64,000 nt of DNA from Sporopachydermia quercuum (Eukaryota): the NCBI GenBank assembly GCA_001599295.1, contig BCGN01000002.1, forward strand, positions 1,798,001-1,862,000, in the 5' to 3' direction. Numbering within the stretch: position 1 is the first letter of the stretch; every line of letters starts with the position of its first letter. The position numbers and the translations under genes were made by a program. Under the pieces are notes generated by a model. It was given only the letters and a program-made list of their open reading frames with translations, made no database searches and was not told the DNA's origin. Positions 61,363 to 64,000 of this stretch are shown here, one piece after another.

Positions 61363-63744
61363 ATGAGTCACCTTTCACTTGATAAGCAAAGTTCTCATTC
61401 ACAATCCAATTCTCATGATGTTGACATTGATATTGACACTGATTCCGCTGANTCAACTAGATTATCATCAGTAGGTATTCAACCTTCGGCTTCAATATCA
61501 AGTGCTATGTCCTCAAATGATTCCAAATCTCCTGTCACAAAATTTGCTAATAATGAATTGAAAGATGGTTCTACGAACAATCACAACAACAGTGATATCA
61601 ACACCGCTGCTAAATACAACAACGGCAACCACCTTGTAAGTTCAAATGGATCGGATGACCCTTCACAAAAACCTCCAAAGAAAAGAACAAGAAATAAACA
61701 AGCATGTGATAACTGTAGACTCAAGAAAGCCCGCTGTGACGAAAAGATTCCTTGCCGGCATTGTATAAATATGGGAGTTAAATGCACTTANACAAGTCCA
61801 AAGAAGAAACGAGGTATTCCAACTGGTTACTTACAAAATTTGGAGAAAACAACTGATAGACTACTTAGTTTACTAGGTTATTTAATGGAAAATGAACCTT
61901 CAGCAAAAGAACAATTACTACAATCAGCAGCTCAATTTATGAGTTCTGATGTGGATAATGATGAAAGAATCATTAGGTATAAAATGATAATTCGGGATAG
62001 CAATGTTTTAAATGAGCTTGGCCTCAATGATATGGATGTATCAGTTATCAGAAGTGGATTGAAGAAATCGGAAAGCAAAGATTATAGAGTTTTAGCAACA
62101 CAACATCCTATTAACAAAAATATCACTGAAGTTGATGCTAATGGTAATATCATCGCCACTAGTGACAGTGATTCTAACTTATTCAGTCTGAGTNCATCAA
62201 ATGCAAATANTCAACTTTTAGCAACTACTACTACAACAACAACTACTACAACGACGACAACAACATTAGAAGGAGCAAGTGAAGGCCAATTAACATCATT
62301 AGGTCCAACTTCAGGATTCAATGTTTTGTTATTATCAACATTCCAAAAATATCAGTTATCAAAAACCAATTTTGAGATTAATCCTTGGAAACATCATTTT
62401 GAACCATATACGCTAGTTGATGTTTTGGATACTTATTTTACATATATTCATCCAGTTTTCCCAATGGTTAATCATGTCGATATAATACGTTTGGCGCATT
62501 CGCCAAATATAAACAAGAAGACATCACAAACTTGTCTTCTATGGTCAATTTTATTTCTAGCTTTCAATCATTCAACTAAAAGGTATGGCCATGATGAAAG
62601 ATTTGAAACTAAAGTAATGCATGATCTTGCAACATGTACGTTAGAATGTAAATACTCATTAGAATCAGTTCAAGCATTGCTTATTCAATCATTATATTTT
62701 TGGGGACAAGGTTATTGGTCAAATGCTTGGATGATAGTTGGAAATGCCGTACGAATGGCAATGGATCTTTGCTTGCAAGTTTACTCCCCTTCCTCAAGTC
62801 CAACAGCTATAAGAACTTGGAAATGTTGCTGCATTATTGATACTTTAATCTCTGGCAGATTAGGGAGATTACCGCAAGTTTCTCCTGATGATTACTTTTC
62901 ACAACCTGAACCAGAAACGGCAGAAGAATGGGAATTGTGGAAACCTGCCAGTGCAACAAATGATTTGCCTCAATCTTCTACCTGTGTGTCGGAACCATAT
63001 CGAATGATATCAATCTTCAATGGTTTCCACTCGATCAACAGATTGGCAAATATTATGATTCAAAAGACAAATAAAGCGAATTATAGTGAACAATCACGAG
63101 AAGTTAAAAGGAAGATATTGTACGAGACTTTAGAATATACTCAAGATTGGCTAGCTTCAATGGCCCCTCATATCAAACCTTTGGATTTATTGGCATGGAG
63201 AGATGATTTACAGTTGTTACCTCATCGTGCTAATCTTTACTTTGGTTATGTTTCAATGTACCTTATGTTGTACTTGATAGAAGATTTCAATGATCCAATA
63301 CTTCCTAACGATATTCATTCAGTTGATGATATTGTATCAATGACTTTATCAGTATTGAATAATTTCGTCACAAAATTCCCATCAAAATTTGTGCCAAGTT
63401 TTGAATACTTCTTAAGCTTGGCAATAATTGTTTTGTATAAACATGGATTAGCAAAGGATAAGTTTAAAACATTTGCTGAGATGTTTTCACTGGTACCTGA
63501 AGCTAAAGCATTATTAGATTATCTGAAAAGACTGGCCACCACTTGGTGTGGAGCTAGTGTCACATACGATTACTTTCTAGGCTTGACAGAGGACTTTTCT
63601 GGGGAACTCTCTTCGATTGATATAAATTCTGTGTATAGTACTTTCATGGCTAATTCTTTACAAAACTTTGGTGATTTGAATGATGATTTATTTAGATCTG
63701 ATGCTGCAACAATTGGAGAGATGATCAAAGAGTTTGAGTCATAA
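61363..63744 (+). CDS. Zn2Cys6 transcription factor with fungal middle-homology region, QutA/Qa-1F-like (793 aa)
   Basis: ACDNCRLKKARCDEKIPCRHCINMGVKC followed by KKRGIPTGYL, YFTYIHPVFP, AVRMAMDL and RTW..C.IIDT..S..LGRLP. Confidence 0.88.
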   Translation: MSHLSLDKQSSHSQSNSHDVDIDIDTDSAXSTRLSSVGIQPSASISSAMSSNDSKSPVTKFANNELKDGSTNNHNNSDINTAAKYNNGNHLVSSNGSDDPSQKPPKKRTRNKQACDNCRLKKARCDEKIPCRHCINMGVKCTXTSPKKKRGIPTGYLQNLEKTTDRLLSLLGYLMENEPSAKEQLLQSAAQFMSSDVDNDERIIRYKMIIRDSNVLNELGLNDMDVSVIRSGLKKSESKDYRVLATQHPINKNITEVDANGNIIATSDSDSNLFSLSXSNANXQLLATTTTTTTTTTTTTTLEGASEGQLTSLGPTSGFNVLLLSTFQKYQLSKTNFEINPWKHHFEPYTLVDVLDTYFTYIHPVFPMVNHVDIIRLAHSPNINKKTSQTCLLWSILFLAFNHSTKRYGHDERFETKVMHDLATCTLECKYSLESVQALLIQSLYFWGQGYWSNAWMIVGNAVRMAMDLCLQVYSPSSSPTAIRTWKCCCIIDTLISGRLGRLPQVSPDDYFSQPEPETAEEWELWKPASATNDLPQSSTCVSEPYRMISIFNGFHSINRLANIMIQKTNKANYSEQSREVKRKILYETLEYTQDWLASMAPHIKPLDLLAWRDDLQLLPHRANLYFGYVSMYLMLYLIEDFNDPILPNDIHSVDDIVSMTLSVLNNFVTKFPSKFVPSFEYFLSLAIIVLYKHGLAKDKFKTFAEMFSLVPEAKALLDYLKRLATTWCGASVTYDYFLGLTEDFSGELSSIDINSVYSTFMANSLQNFGDLNDDLFRSDAATIGEMIKEFES
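62224..62265 (+). repeat. Poly-Thr (14x ACN) tract within the Zn-cluster factor
   Basis: Run of ACT/ACA/ACG codons. Confidence 0.9.
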
Positions 63745-64000
63745 CTCAGTAATGATTTTTTTTAGGTGGTAATGAGAATATGATGATATAAGTATATAAC
63801 CCTGACCGCGCAAATTTCAATAATAACAGTAATATCTAATAACTGACTTTGTTGATCGTATTTCAACGGTATTGGCAATGGCAATAGAAACTTCTATCAA
63901 TCTAAGCCTTCTCGAAAAAAATTAAACCGAAAAGAAAATGAAAAAGTTTAAAGTTAATTTTTAGCTCAACTTTAACCGGTTAAACAGTTTTCCAACCCCC

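Overview
AT-rich budding-yeast (Saccharomycotina) nuclear DNA. It is intron-rich, uses the standard code (CTG falls at conserved Leu positions) and has scattered single-base Ns. I find 21 protein-coding genes and one intron-containing tRNA-Arg(UCG). The genes are an HSF/Sfl1-like factor, an 801-aa orphan, MSM1, YIP1, NSE1, mitochondrial ADH, BRF1, RPN3, a PEX30-like gene, BCP1, SRP101, RPT5, CDC40, SEM1 (absent from the ORF track), RKI1, ARF3/ARF6, BZZ1, INP52/53, an ARA2-like AKR, FOX2 and a QutA/Qa-1F-like Zn2Cys6 factor. I rebuilt 12 spliceosomal introns by hand in 7 genes. The most notable items are: (1) the orphan, which may be a degenerate restriction-endonuclease-fold plus truncated-kinase protein (Spok/Crinkler-like; inference only); (2) the tRNA-Arg(UCG) with a 9-nt intron, alongside free CGA usage; (3) a possible mitochondrial presequence on Rki1; (4) micro-exon genes; (5) a CCTCGG site in the FOX2 promoter, divergent from the QutA-like regulator. 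Gene names come from remembered motifs, not database searches.
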